Of a DNA stretch of 64,000 nucleotides, positions 30,401 through 38,054 are shown in pieces. Position 1 is the first letter of the stretch. Every line of letters begins with the position of its first letter. The notes beneath the pieces were generated by a model. It did not search any database. It was not told the origin of the DNA and saw only the letters and a program-made list of their open reading frames with translations. The stretch is from Clostridiales bacterium DTU072. GTDB lineage: Bacteria > Bacillota > Clostridia > Christensenellales > DTU072. Both the position numbers and the translations under genes were made by a program. The DNA is taken from assembly GCA_001512685.1 (NCBI GenBank), contig LFSG01000052.1:9667-73666 (forward strand). Reading direction: 5' to 3'.

Positions 30401-32682
30401 TCCTCTTGCTCTTCTCCCGTTCCAAACAATACAAATATATTCTCAATATGGGAAGGAACGCTTATGGCATTCAAAAGCTTGCAGTTTTCAAAAACGCCTT
30501 GCCCCAGCTCGTTTATGGCGGGAGCTTTGAAAACCGTAAGGTTTTCGCAATTTCTGAAAGCATAATCGCCTACGGAAACGAGCTCTTCAAGCTCACCTAA
30601 ATCAATAATCGCTCTTGACATATTTTCAAAAGCACTTTGGCCTATCAATTTAAGCTTGCTTGCTCTTTGAACAATAAATGCTTCCATGTTATAGCATTCG
30701 GCAAAGGCAAAATCTCCGATATTTTCAACAGCGGCGGGAATGGTGATATTGTTAAGCGTTTGGCAATTATAAAAGCCGTAATCGCCGATTTCGATTATGT
30801 CGCCGTAAAGGTTCAGCGTCTCAAGATATATAAGATGCGCAAAGGAGTAAGGCCTGATAATGCCTTCTCCGTTACTGTAAATATCGATTTCGATTAATGA
30901 CCTGGGCACATAATAATCTTCTCCGAAATAATTGACCAAATAGGTGTTTTCCCCTTCTTCTTTGCCGAAAAGCTTTACTATGGGCATATCAGCGGAAGTA
31001 GGCAGCATTTGGATATTGCCGCATCCCGAGAACGCGCCTTCCCCAACCGTATAAAGTTGGGAATAAGGAGTGGTTATCACTCTTTGCAAAGAAGAACATC
31101 CGTGAAAAGCTCCTTTGATATCAAAACCGTTTTCGCAATAGGAGCCGCCGATATATTTAACGGTATCGGGAATACTTAATCTGGTTAGTAAAGTTTTGTT
31201 CATAAAAGCTTGCGAAGATATGCTTACAATGTTGGACCACAAATCTATTTCCGATACATCGCCGTATACGCTGTAAAGCACATTGCCGATATATATAACC
31301 GTGCCTCCCTGTTCCTGCTGCGCCAAATCATCAAGTAAGCCGTTATAATAAGAAGTGTTTTCTATCGCCAAGCCGCCCACGACCTCAAGCTCGTTTAGCA
31401 AAGCGATATTAAAAATGGTCTCCAAATTGACGCAATTATAGAAAGCCGCATGGCCGATCTGCTTAAGCTTTAACGGCAAAACAATTTGAGAAATTCCGGT
31501 ATTCATAAAAGCGCCGTTGCCTATTTCCCTCAAGCGGCTGTCTTGATCAAATTCGCAATCGGTTAAAGAGCTGTCTCGGAAGGCAAAGTGCCCTATTCTT
31601 AAAATGCTTTCGGGTATGACAATTTTATTGATATACGCTCCTTCAAAAGCATAGTCGGCTATGCCTTCAACAATGGTATTGTTATATACGCTGGGAATAA
31701 TTATGTCGACGGGCAAATCTTTGTCGGGATTAAGCGAAATCTCTTTTTTATCACTGTCAAAAACAAAGTATGTATAATCGGTGGCGTAGTTTCTGTTATC
31801 TTTTATCCAATCGGCATAGAATGTAACATTTTCGGTTACCGTATATGGAAGAGTAAGCGGTTTGGTAAACTCTTGGTCAAGATACCAGCCGTTAAACACA
31901 TATCCCGTTCTTGCGTATTCGGTCAAGCTCTCAATTATGCCGCCGTATGCCTTATAGATTATATCGTCATATTCGGGCATTTGGGTATTGACAGTTACCA
32001 AAAATTGAATTATTTCCCACCTTGCGTACAAAACAAGATTTTGAGCGGGCATATTGGTAAGCGTAAACGGTTGTTTGAAATCGCTGTCTGTATACCAGCC
32101 CATAAACTCATAACCGTTGCGGGAAACGCTGACATTGATGGGATCGCCATAGGAAAGATGGAGCGCTTCGATTTCATTACCGCCGTTGGTAACAAATTCA
32201 ACGGTATATGTATTTTTGGTGTAGACAGCCAATACTTCAATATCCTTAACGATATTGGAAAAATCGGTTCTGTTCCAAACACCGCTGTACCCTTCTCTGG
32301 CGGGCACTTGCGGTATGTAAGTTAAAGACTCGCCGTAATTTACGGTGCGTATGTCTACGGTTTTGAGAATGTTATTATTGTCTTCGGCCTTAAAAACCAC
32401 TTTAAGCAATCTTGGAGTGTAAACAGCCGTTACTATCAAGTCTTCAATAATCTTATCAAAAGCTTTTATGTCCCATTCGCCCTTATATCCTGTCTTTGCG
32501 GGCACTTCGGGAGGTATCAGCCCCATTCCCGATTTGACTTCAATTGTTTCATGAATCTCTCCGTCCACTATAAAAGTTACGGTATAGGTACGGTTATCGT
32601 CTTTGCAGGCCGTTACAAGGAAAAGCGACAACAAAACCATAATCGCCACCAATACGCACAAAGTCTTAAAACGGAAATTCAT
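21433..32682 (-). CDS. Giant surface lipoprotein: BspA-type leucine-rich repeats (LRR_5) plus Listeria-Bacteroides (InlB B / Flg_new) repeats, 3,749 aa
   Basis: This is a single uninterrupted ORF. The true start is ATG 32682 (MNFRFKTLCVLVAIMVLLSLFLVTAC, a signal peptide plus LVTAC lipobox) with a GGAGA RBS. Roughly 23-25-aa repeats of the form IG..AF..C..L..I.IP.SV..IG..AF recur throughout, and there are five 'NPP...(I/F)YVP...Y...W' cap motifs. I saw no LPXTG, SLH or choline-binding anchor. Confidence 0.85.
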   Translation of the reverse strand: MNFRFKTLCVLVAIMVLLSLFLVTACKDDNRTYTVTFIVDGEIHETIEVKSGMGLIPPEVPAKTGYKGEWDIKAFDKIIEDLIVTAVYTPRLLKVVFKAEDNNNILKTVDIRTVNYGESLTYIPQVPAREGYSGVWNRTDFSNIVKDIEVLAVYTKNTYTVEFVTNGGNEIEALHLSYGDPINVSVSRNGYEFMGWYTDSDFKQPFTLTNMPAQNLVLYARWEIIQFLVTVNTQMPEYDDIIYKAYGGIIESLTEYARTGYVFNGWYLDQEFTKPLTLPYTVTENVTFYADWIKDNRNYATDYTYFVFDSDKKEISLNPDKDLPVDIIIPSVYNNTIVEGIADYAFEGAYINKIVIPESILRIGHFAFRDSSLTDCEFDQDSRLREIGNGAFMNTGISQIVLPLKLKQIGHAAFYNCVNLETIFNIALLNELEVVGGLAIENTSYYNGLLDDLAQQEQGGTVIYIGNVLYSVYGDVSEIDLWSNIVSISSQAFMNKTLLTRLSIPDTVKYIGGSYCENGFDIKGAFHGCSSLQRVITTPYSQLYTVGEGAFSGCGNIQMLPTSADMPIVKLFGKEEGENTYLVNYFGEDYYVPRSLIEIDIYSNGEGIIRPYSFAHLIYLETLNLYGDIIEIGDYGFYNCQTLNNITIPAAVENIGDFAFAECYNMEAFIVQRASKLKLIGQSAFENMSRAIIDLGELEELVSVGDYAFRNCENLTVFKAPAINELGQGVFENCKLLNAISVPSHIENIFVLFGTGEEQEDYYSVNGRLIPLTLSAVNIALSQNQSQTAIASGFMEGLEKIKNISIPDGITDIGQRAFYGLGIESLIVPDSVITIGKESFASNIKLISLTLSNALKVIPEQAFAGCDKLEQIFIPASIEEIDLTTFENCSALESISVYDNNHTYYDFEGALYRENALLLYPEGRQNDSYTLSQGTKHIYSQAFKNSKLKNIVFNAELLSAEIDSFDNCEFESVTIYGDAPLSDIFADTSIIDTLIIKGQIIIEDFASSALMSSLILWEGVEEIGVKAFENCSNLISLQLPSTIQKIHEKAFNGCLALETMDFGSYENLVYIGKDAFAQTLWLDSFSDGTIYIGNIAYSYKGIMPEDTHLAINEGVTAIADYAFANQQNIVLLSLPDSLREIGVCAFKDASSIVEIVFNDNLTTIKDGAFEGLSNLQKITFNSQLKFIGNSAFKNAQSLESIILPEGLEHIGDSAFENCQALPAITIPSTVAYVGSKAFYNCLSAATVNLGGIDNIEFFGDKVFHFTQWYALSNGILMLNDIAVYGYKGDSNAVNIPNEALKIMPYAFYNNASLETVYFNRYLREIGAYAFAGCSSLRNLNFNQNEDLEHIGEYAFKDCLSLEEFYIPYGLESFDLSILEGCVNLRNFFIENEDLHGSYRFFNGILYNNDFTQIKYVPFTIGGNVVLEDTVVSIPDFAFAGRTEITSVTIPSSVETIGQGSFKDCVQLTEIIISGNSKLTSIGKEAFYNTLLTTINLPVGISYLGENAFDYTDMELTFTSSVPPQIEGSIPFGAKFFVPRNLLELYKERIVYDDIYPSMVRVQFLINKVLLKAYDIPYGGKLSEIPSINPITGYSGAWKASELAWVYDANSGEYLNIYRDININAVYTKNSYRIIYDDGESITEQLVKYEDTITLLLPEDSSVKQFLFWTQDGVSRFELSTMPANDISLTAKWFRFEYIYDEAKDAYIVRPSSDNEIYDLPIAIPSRHLDKPVYKIADNAFSGKPVTAITLTDSILEIGQSAFENSAIEEIVLGDNLAIIRKDAFKNSALIDISFPQNMELIGESSFEGCNNLTLIDIVIDINAIDKYAFKNAENLRKVKITSPDGAAADGILAQGVFQNCYSLFDVILPVEVDTIKESAFKNCYNLAAIDLSFVEYFESSSFQNCQSLQQINLSNAISVGDYAFNNCVNINNIYTLNNEVMNTIGECAFYGCAELAVFVLPATVKNIHNQAFGGCDNLRYFVIMENGNEYDGSKGLNIGEDVVGSGTDIYVSLDLEYNTNKWPNNMVKLYKNIYDGFVVSTNNDLLLYVGLNEQVTLPDIIGYDYINGIGEDIFICSQSITEMVIPDRLINYINDGRIFRPLVNLTQIVSSASDGGTLYSSDGKKIIAYPAGRNNSVFEVNEDIEEIAEYAFSNASALETITFNGQNPPVIFNSSFVNLNDNLKFYAPANALNSYKTAEVWSQYADRIYPSFIRYNDLIIISHNEGLEISQYLGNQTEIDIPISLNGKNVVSIGDYAFYNSSLESITLPIHIAYIGNYAFAQSKELIDAYLPAAIKSMGKSAFENCVKLQSIQFNSKILLTLIQENTFKGCSSLLRVDIPSKAQVIGKNAFYGANSLHTVNIPVSSALSVIEENAFLNCNSLKNINLQAAKQLTRIADYAFAECGGLEELRLPESLLYIQNYAFYNCASLKKLIFDGSSKLTEIGERAFVGCENLLRITIPDSVIRIGSHAFYENNLQQIIFTEASRLSVIEDYAFAYSNNVKELHLFGNVSLISQGAFINSPSLRWLILSCENPPVLQDNVWDDNLRIYVPNVSINLYKNTWPASSRHINAIGRIAGDYSYVETEGGVEIFQYMGEDKNVEIPEKLNDKSVVSIGSYAFGAEVDSVIIPDSIKSLKASSFYRSNITNIYLTKYIIEIEDNPFTDCKQLAAVEVDEENIHYVSIGGVLFNSDRTKIISYPNALDVYEYSYNIPYGIKEIGKEAFKGSDKLVSVTIPATVNIVGENAFLGCLSLTDIDFINATLLTYVGSDAFSLTEWIANKADGVIYLESSSRPDSFTALGYKGIMPPQTSIELHENTISILPNAFRNLTNLINISIPSCVEYIGENILYGCYNLTQLTMPGSYALGYLFGKTSYSGSYAAFNSQKNTYYYIPNNLTKVNIAEGSDMIVDYAFTNCHNIININIGNSVKYIGRYAFYSDTESMLLENVVFNDVSESVLVTIGSYAFAGCRQIKQINLPYNLKEINSHAFRNCTQLTTVIFEDAKNELFGELKYIGNNAFENCYDLSKLDMPSSLEHIGSKAFLNCTSLFSVYFDTINSQLKQISSYAFMNCTNLREITTPRNLSVIGDRAFYNCHAMDHFIYAASSESLTYIGYEVFHSTPYYNELLTRPENQNTIIYFANIAYNFNGFLSSGTIISLKDNTVSVSPYLFANQTEIHEVNMVRPDSTLGVVIVVNPTLRIIGRNAFFNNGNLSKVILPSTVKEIGANAFANCRFLEEITFQNSDNIEFIGQDAFYNTPWYQTLYESQPNNSIIYIGRIAYKFKGSMQENTEIELAENTVSISPYAFEKQTGLISIHIPSSIKNISQFAFGEFIFGGQSRLQTVYIDKEADLINNIAGIFTISSKVILNTAPVKLDGSCHYSYEVDEDGSTIIVTEEINVLDLMALYKEKGYLPNIYVPREYYNDYLFADGWSEISEFLIPYEGIYSDYAIALTEDGQGADVIYYVGNSSDIVMPDILDNKPIKGIMSYAFNTAVTNLSLSNTIEYIHDYAFANCLSLTNIILPATLKEIGASAFENCISLTAINIPSSVRTIGEYAFYKCYALSRVTFENGVEILGEYAFAECVSLKNISIPFTVKSMGGYIFNDCDSLRVLIMTGMNPPQLDINGLYYSSLLKIFVADDYYENYINDYYWTKYSMRTYRLSELANDLLDAGTYIEGEEIQLSFAPGINIAVYIAPMGLGLSDLLQSYEQVNDDTAYITLPQVGYYVLYVVIDDLLVSTGTNQIIVLQP
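27607..28011 (-). repeat. Internal pair of B-repeat modules inside the giant lipoprotein (protein-level repeat)
   Basis: The segment MVRVQFLINKVLLKAYDIPYGG...TGYSGAW...AVYTKNSYRIIYDDGE...FLFWTQDG...MPANDISLTAKW has the same repeat type as the N-terminus. It lies directly after the first C-cap motif. Confidence 0.65.
31807..32586 (-). repeat. Four tandem B-repeat (Flg_new-like) modules at the N-terminus of the giant lipoprotein (protein-level repeat)
   Basis: There are four ~58-69-aa units, each ending in a GY.F.GW...(F)......(L)....Y(A/T)(R/D)W-like signature, for example NGYEFMGWYTDSDFKQPFTLTNMPAQNLVLYARW. Confidence 0.7.
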
Positions 32683-32734
32683 AAAGGCTGTCTCCTTGTC
32701 CAAGTTGCTCTCAACAAATATTAACTTACAATAA

Positions 32735-32763
32735 AGTATACAATAAACATTAGATAAATGCAA
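32735..32763 (-). promoter_or_regulatory. Candidate sigma-A promoter of the giant lipoprotein gene
   Basis: The minus strand reads TTGCAT-N17-TATACT (-35 at 32758-32763, -10 at 32735-32740), ~50 nt upstream of ATG 32682. It falls inside the spurious N-terminal extension of the ORF track. Confidence 0.45.
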
Positions 32764-32821
32764 TAATAAATATAAGTTTATATATTAAAGAAATGTCAAA
32801 CCGCGCAAATAAATTTCACAC

Positions 32822-32857
32822 AAAAAAACCGAAAAACGCAAAGTAATTCGGTTTTTT
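32822..32857 (-). terminator. Intrinsic terminator after the DUF1292 gene
   Basis: The minus-strand RNA reads ACCGAA-(13-nt loop)-UUCGGU followed by U7. Confidence 0.6.
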
Positions 32858-32908
32858 AAGAATTCTTAAATGTAACGGGAAATCGGCGTATGAAGCGGAT
32901 GCTATTAA

Positions 32909-33214
32909 TTATTCCGCGTCGTCAAGCTCCATTTCTTTGAGAAAGTGTTCAAATACCTCATTTAGCAGCTTTTCGTCTTCAATGGGAATAAATATCTCTT
33001 CGCCCTCTTCATTTTCTCCGAGCTCAAAAATAATTATTTCTCCCTCTTCAAAGTCTTCAGACGGTTCAACGGGTTCGAGATAGATATACCATTTGTCTTT
33101 ATAATCCAGCTCCGCAAGCACAAAGAAATCCCTTTCCGCGCCCTCGTCATCAGTTAAGGTAACGATTTCGTCTTCGTTATCAAATTCCAAATCTTTTTCA
33201 TTTAAATCAGTCAT
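32909..33214 (-). CDS. DUF1292 (UPF0473, YrzB-like) acidic protein
   Basis: 101 aa and highly acidic, with a YLEPVEP...FEL core. It sits in the conserved position after ruvX. Confidence 0.8.
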   Translation of the reverse strand: MTDLNEKDLEFDNEDEIVTLTDDEGAERDFFVLAELDYKDKWYIYLEPVEPSEDFEEGEIIIFELGENEEGEEIFIPIEDEKLLNEVFEHFLKEMELDDAE

Positions 33215-33644
33215 TGTGGTTTTTTCTCCTCATATTTATTTTGTCAAGGTAACCTTGCAATATTATTGTGGCGGCAACCTTGTCAATTACTTTTTTTCTT
33301 TTTTCCCTTCGCATTCCGCTTTCTATCAGCGTTTTTTCCGCCGAAACGGTGGAAAGTCTTTCGTCATGATAGACGATATCCGCGTCGGTGTAATTTTTTA
33401 GCTTTTCAGCGAATTCGCGAATAATTCGCGCCCTGTCGCCTTCGCTGCCGTCCATATTAAGCGGCAAACCCACCACCACGGTATCGCATTGCTTTTCTTT
33501 TATAAGTATGGACAAATATTCCATATCTTTATCAATGTTTTTTGTTCTGATAAAAGTTTCATATCCTCCCGCGATAATCCCCATTGGATCGCTTGTGGCT
33601 ATTCCGATTCTCACGTCTCCGATATCAAGCGCCATTTTTCTCAT
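33207..33644 (-). CDS. ruvX: Holliday junction resolvase-like / pre-16S rRNA nuclease RuvX (YqgF)
   Basis: 145 aa with motifs ALDIGDVRIGIATSD and VVGLPLNMDGSEG. Confidence 0.9.
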   Translation of the reverse strand: MRKMALDIGDVRIGIATSDPMGIIAGGYETFIRTKNIDKDMEYLSILIKEKQCDTVVVGLPLNMDGSEGDRARIIREFAEKLKNYTDADIVYHDERLSTVSAEKTLIESGMRREKRKKVIDKVAATIILQGYLDKINMRRKNHND

Positions 33645-33647
33645 ATG

Positions 33648-35333
33648 TCAACCTTCTATTTTTTCCCACAATTCTTCCACATTGTCAAAAAGCTTTTTGT
33701 AGCAAACAACAATGGTAATGGTATTGACTAGTAATGTTATGCCAAAAAATAAGGCGTATGACCAAACAACGCTGATAGCTTTTTGAAAGCCTAAAGCAGA
33801 GCCTGCGATAAGATAAAATAGCCCTATGCCAATAATTGTCAAAGCGGATTTTAAGGCTTTTTTGTTGTTTCGATTCAATTCCGTGGGATTGTGCCAAGTC
33901 AAATTGGGATTTTTCAAGTCATTGTAAATACCCATACAATTCACCCCAAAGCCACAGCTCAAGGTTACCACTACAATACCTAAGGCCGCCAAAACATTAT
34001 GTCCGGGCACAAAAGCAACATATACTATCGAAACGATAAATATTGTGATGACATTTAATGAGGTGGCCAACAACAGCTTTATTTTTACCAGCATTCTTGG
34101 AGAAAGAGGCAGAGCTTTTAATGAAAAAAGCGATTGGCCTTCTCTGGATATGCCAACCATGGCCAATTGATTGGAAGCGCCTACCATTACGGAAACGATA
34201 TACGAAATAAATCCGATGCTGTAAAGATATCCTCTTGGGTCCGTATCGCCCATAATGTAAGCGCCCGTTTTTGCGGTAAAGATAATCAATATCGGTCCAA
34301 GTATAACGCCCATTAAGGAATTTACAAGCATCATGGGGGTATTGACAAGCGTTTTTATTTCTTTTTTGATTAAAGAATATTTTAATCCCGAAGAAGTATA
34401 CACAAGCTCTTTGTTAACTTTTCTTCGGGCTGTTTTGCCTTCGCCCTCAATTATTACCGAAATACCCCTTTTGTAGAAGAATGAGGATAAAATGATGTTT
34501 ATTGCCATTAATATTGTAATTCCGACAAGATAAATAACCAAATTCAAGGCGATTTTTTTGCCCAGCATGGCGTCAATATAAGGCTTATTAAATATGGTAG
34601 CGTAATAAGCTCCGTTTAACACGCCGCTAAATTGCCGTGAAATATCGATAATGCCGTTTTCCATTTCTTGACTCATGTCCGCGAACGATCCGATTAAACC
34701 AAAATAGATCGACATGATGAGCACGATAATCAAGGCTGTCGCAATTGCGTTGCTGACCGCTCTTTGTCTGAAAAACGCCACAACATACATAAGAGGCAGC
34801 GATATTAAAGTTATCAATAAAAGCGGCGCAATCGGGAATATAAAAATGCCTAATATTTCCAGAATAAAAAAAGCGGCGTTGAGTTTTATTCCGCTGACAA
34901 TGCAGACTATTCCGTAAGTTGTTACGGTGGGTATAACGGCAAGGGCTCCTATTATAATTTCGGACACATACGCCATGGCGAATTTGGCGAGGAATAAGGC
35001 GCGGGAGCTGACAGGCAGAGAAGAAAGCAATTGATTGTCTTTTGAAAAATATAAATAGCTCATTACCGCAAAGGCGCCGAAAAACAAAACAATAAACTGC
35101 GAAAATCCTATAAACAAATAAAGCAGCTTTTCATGCATTCCATGTTGTATCAACGATCTTGTGATAATTATGGTAAAAAACACGAAATAGCTCATAATGA
35201 CCAAGATACCGAATGCAATTAAAATAAGAGAAGCGATTTTTTGGGATTTCTTTTCGCCGAAACCCTTTTGCCTCTTAAAATTGTTTTTGAATATAGTAAA
35301 AAATACCGTCTTAAACTGCTTAAATGTTGTCAT
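33648..35333 (-). CDS. ABC exporter permease (multi-pass membrane protein)
   Basis: ~561 aa with more than 10 predicted hydrophobic helices. It overlaps the stop of the upstream ATPase gene by 14 nt. The start ATG 35333 (MTTFKQFK) is preferred over the ORF-track start at 35378. Confidence 0.7.
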   Translation of the reverse strand: MTTFKQFKTVFFTIFKNNFKRQKGFGEKKSQKIASLILIAFGILVIMSYFVFFTIIITRSLIQHGMHEKLLYLFIGFSQFIVLFFGAFAVMSYLYFSKDNQLLSSLPVSSRALFLAKFAMAYVSEIIIGALAVIPTVTTYGIVCIVSGIKLNAAFFILEILGIFIFPIAPLLLITLISLPLMYVVAFFRQRAVSNAIATALIIVLIMSIYFGLIGSFADMSQEMENGIIDISRQFSGVLNGAYYATIFNKPYIDAMLGKKIALNLVIYLVGITILMAINIILSSFFYKRGISVIIEGEGKTARRKVNKELVYTSSGLKYSLIKKEIKTLVNTPMMLVNSLMGVILGPILIIFTAKTGAYIMGDTDPRGYLYSIGFISYIVSVMVGASNQLAMVGISREGQSLFSLKALPLSPRMLVKIKLLLATSLNVITIFIVSIVYVAFVPGHNVLAALGIVVVTLSCGFGVNCMGIYNDLKNPNLTWHNPTELNRNNKKALKSALTIIGIGLFYLIAGSALGFQKAISVVWSYALFFGITLLVNTITIVVCYKKLFDNVEELWEKIEG

Positions 35334-36066
35334 GGGCAGCCTCTGTATTCTTGGTGAGAGAAAGGAAAAGCTCCTCAAGGCTCATATCCTCTCTTTTCTT
35401 TTTAAGCTCTTCCATACCGCAAACGGCGATAAGCTTGCCTTTATCGATTATCGCGACTTTAGTGCAAACCTTCTGCACCACTTCCAGCACATGCGAAGAA
35501 AAGAACACCACATTTCCTTGCTTGGTATGTTCGGCCATAAGCTGTTTGAGATTGTAGGACGCGACGGGGTCAAGGCCGGACATCGGCTCGTCAAGCACCC
35601 ATACTTTAGGCTGATGCACAAGCGCCGAAATCAAACTTACTTTTTGTTTCATGCCGTGTGAATAAGAAGATATCTTATTGTTAAGCTTGCCCTCCATTTC
35701 AAACAGCTTTGAATACTTTTCTATTCTTTCTTTTCTTTCTTTGTGGGGAACATTGAATACATCGGCAATAAAGGTCATGTATTCAAACCCCGTCAAACCT
35801 TCGTAGATAATATGTTCGTCGGGCACATAGCCTATATTCATCTTTGCCTTTACGGGCTCTTCTTTAATGTCAATGCCGCATATTTTTATATGACCTTCAG
35901 TGAAAGGTAAAATACCCGTCAAACACTTTATGGTGGTGGATTTCCCCGCGCCGTTAGGCCCCAAAAATCCGTATATCTCTCCCGCGTTTACGGTCAGCGA
36001 CAGATTATCCACCGCTTTAATGTTGCTGCTTTTATATATTTTGGTTAAATTTGATATTTCAATCAT
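35320..36066 (-). CDS. ABC transporter ATP-binding protein
   Basis: 248 aa with Walker A GPNGAGKST, the signature-like SYSHGMKQK, and Walker B VWVLDEP. Confidence 0.9.
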   Translation of the reverse strand: MIEISNLTKIYKSSNIKAVDNLSLTVNAGEIYGFLGPNGAGKSTTIKCLTGILPFTEGHIKICGIDIKEEPVKAKMNIGYVPDEHIIYEGLTGFEYMTFIADVFNVPHKERKERIEKYSKLFEMEGKLNNKISSYSHGMKQKVSLISALVHQPKVWVLDEPMSGLDPVASYNLKQLMAEHTKQGNVVFFSSHVLEVVQKVCTKVAIIDKGKLIAVCGMEELKKKREDMSLEELFLSLTKNTEAAHDNI

Positions 36067-36154
36067 TATGCCCTTTACTTTTATTCTTAGAATAGTGACC
36101 TGTCCTTATCGAGAAGGTCTTGGTCAACAACAACGCTATTGCGCAATACAATAA

Positions 36155-36700
36155 TTAATAATTCTTTAAGTGCACTTCAAAATACGCTTTGGGATGAGCG
36201 CACACATCGCAAATTTCGGGAGCTTCTTTGGCGTAAACTCTGTTGCCGCAGTTTCTGCACTCCCATACCACTTCGGTTTCTTTGACGAATACTTTACCCG
36301 TCTTGATGTTTTCAAGCAAATCATTATAGCGCTGCTCATGATTTTTTTCAATCTCCGCCACGCCTTCAAACAATTTGGCTATGTGTTCAAAACCCTCTTC
36401 CCTTGCTTCCTTGGCAAAGTTCGCGTACATCGTGGTCCACTCATACCTCTCGCCGGCCGCGGCGTCCACAAGGTTTGTCATGGTATCGCCTATGCCGCCC
36501 AGTAATTTGTACCAAATTTTCGCGTGTTCTTTTTCATTCTTTGCCGTATCTTCAAAGAAAGCGGCAATTTGTTGATACCCTTCCTTTTTGGCGACTGAAG
36601 CATAATAATCATACTTGTTGCGAGCTTGGCTCTCTCCTGAATAAGCGTCGCGCAAATTTTGTTCGGTTTTTGTGCCTTTGATTCTCTCTAACATAATCAA
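36155..36700 (-). CDS. rbr: Rubrerythrin
   Basis: 181 aa. The N-terminal ferritin-like di-iron domain has ExxH pairs ([16 protein letters not shown]). The C-terminal rubredoxin has CRNCG...CDVCAHP. Confidence 0.9.
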   Translation of the reverse strand: MIMLERIKGTKTEQNLRDAYSGESQARNKYDYYASVAKKEGYQQIAAFFEDTAKNEKEHAKIWYKLLGGIGDTMTNLVDAAAGERYEWTTMYANFAKEAREEGFEHIAKLFEGVAEIEKNHEQRYNDLLENIKTGKVFVKETEVVWECRNCGNRVYAKEAPEICDVCAHPKAYFEVHLKNY

Positions 36701-37977
36701 CTCTCCTTTTTTAATTTTTTTATTTCAATATTTTTTTCCATGCCGTTTGACGAAGGAATGTAGAATATACTGTCCTTAATGCTGTCAGGCAAATATTGCT
36801 GCTGTACATAACCGCCGAAGTCATGGGGATATTTATAACCTGTAACCTTCTCGGTCTTGTATTGGGCGCTCCTTAAATAATAAGGTATGTCGTCATGCGC
36901 TTGCATTGTCGCTTCATCGGCGGCATACAGCGCTCTGACCACGCTGTTTGATTTGGGCGCGTTGCAAACATAAATTATGGCCTCGCAAAGCGGAATTTTG
37001 CCTTCGGGAAGCCCCAATTTTTCAAAAGCCGTAAGCGCGCTTGTAGCGACTACAAGAGCTTGAGGGTCGGCTAGGCCCACATCCTCGGCGGAATGAACCA
37101 CCAGCCTTCTGGCGATTAACAAGGGGTCGCACCCCGCGTTAATGAGTCTCAACGAGTAGTATAAAGCGGCGTCCGCGTCGCTTCCTCTCAAACTCTTGCA
37201 AAAAGCGCTCAGCATATCGTAATATGCGCTTTCGTCTATCGACAACGGCGGCTTTTGCGTGGATTGCGCCATAATATCTTTTGTTATGTATATTTTGCCG
37301 TCGCTTTGGGGCTCTGTGGTCAATACCGCAAGCTCCAATCCGTTCAGCGCCACCCTTAAATCTCCATGAGAAGCATATATTAAATGGTCAATGGCTTCAT
37401 CTTCAATAAAAAGGTCGTAATTCCCAAGACCGTTTTGTTTATCCTTTATGGCTCGCAATACGCCTATTTTTACTTCTTCATCGGTAAGGGGCTTAAATTC
37501 AAAAACCCTGCACCTGCTGACTATCGCTTTAGTCATATTTACATACGGATTTTCGGTGGTGCTGCCGATAAATATAATTTCTCCTTTTTCTATCGCCGAA
37601 AGCATGCAGTCGGATTGCGCCTTGTTCCATCTGTGGCATTCGTCAAGCAAAAGATAAGTTTTTTTCCCATACAAAGCAAGATTATGCTTGGCTTCTTCAA
37701 TTACTTTCTTTGCGTCGGCAACGCCGCTGGAAACGGCGTTCAAATACACATAATTAGAATTGGTTGTATTGGCGATAACATTGGCGAGAGTGGTTTTCCC
37801 GCTGCCTGTGGGACCATAGAATATGCAGCTGCCCAATCTGTCCGCCAGTATTGCTCTTCTGAGCAAACTGCCTTTCCCCACTATATGGCTTTGTCCAATA
37901 AAATCGTCCAAAGAAGAACTTCTCATTCGTTCGGCTAAAGGCGCGTTTTTTTGGCGATTTAATTCAAACAAGTCCAT
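36697..37977 (-). CDS. rarA: Replication-associated recombination protein A (RarA/MgsA AAA+ ATPase)
   Basis: The N-terminus reads [29 protein letters not shown], with Walker [10 protein letters not shown], and the protein is collinear with RarA. The ORF track's TTG start at 38013 lacks an RBS, so ATG 37977 is preferred. Confidence 0.88.
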   Translation of the reverse strand: MDLFELNRQKNAPLAERMRSSSLDDFIGQSHIVGKGSLLRRAILADRLGSCIFYGPTGSGKTTLANVIANTTNSNYVYLNAVSSGVADAKKVIEEAKHNLALYGKKTYLLLDECHRWNKAQSDCMLSAIEKGEIIFIGSTTENPYVNMTKAIVSRCRVFEFKPLTDEEVKIGVLRAIKDKQNGLGNYDLFIEDEAIDHLIYASHGDLRVALNGLELAVLTTEPQSDGKIYITKDIMAQSTQKPPLSIDESAYYDMLSAFCKSLRGSDADAALYYSLRLINAGCDPLLIARRLVVHSAEDVGLADPQALVVATSALTAFEKLGLPEGKIPLCEAIIYVCNAPKSNSVVRALYAADEATMQAHDDIPYYLRSAQYKTEKVTGYKYPHDFGGYVQQQYLPDSIKDSIFYIPSSNGMEKNIEIKKLKKES

Positions 37978-38054
37978 ATTTAATATAATACCTTTTAATC
38001 CTTTTTTTGTCAATCATAATTGAATTCAATGCTTTAGGCTTTTTGCCGGTTCTT

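Noticed and set aside
21433-32682. Possibility that the giant gene is a diversity-generating retroelement target, a phase-variable contingency locus, or an assembly artefact of collapsed repeats.
   Set aside because: There is no reverse transcriptase or template-repeat nearby. I noticed no long homopolymer or short tandem DNA repeats in the 5' region. The repeats are diverged at nucleotide level and the frame is intact over 11.25 kb. Assembly validation is still advisable.
36138-36147. 10-bp perfect palindrome ATTGCGCAAT between rubrerythrin and the ABC ATPase gene.
   Set aside because: It is too short, has no loop, and matches no known operator that I can name (not PerR/Fur-like as far as I can judge). 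It is likely chance.
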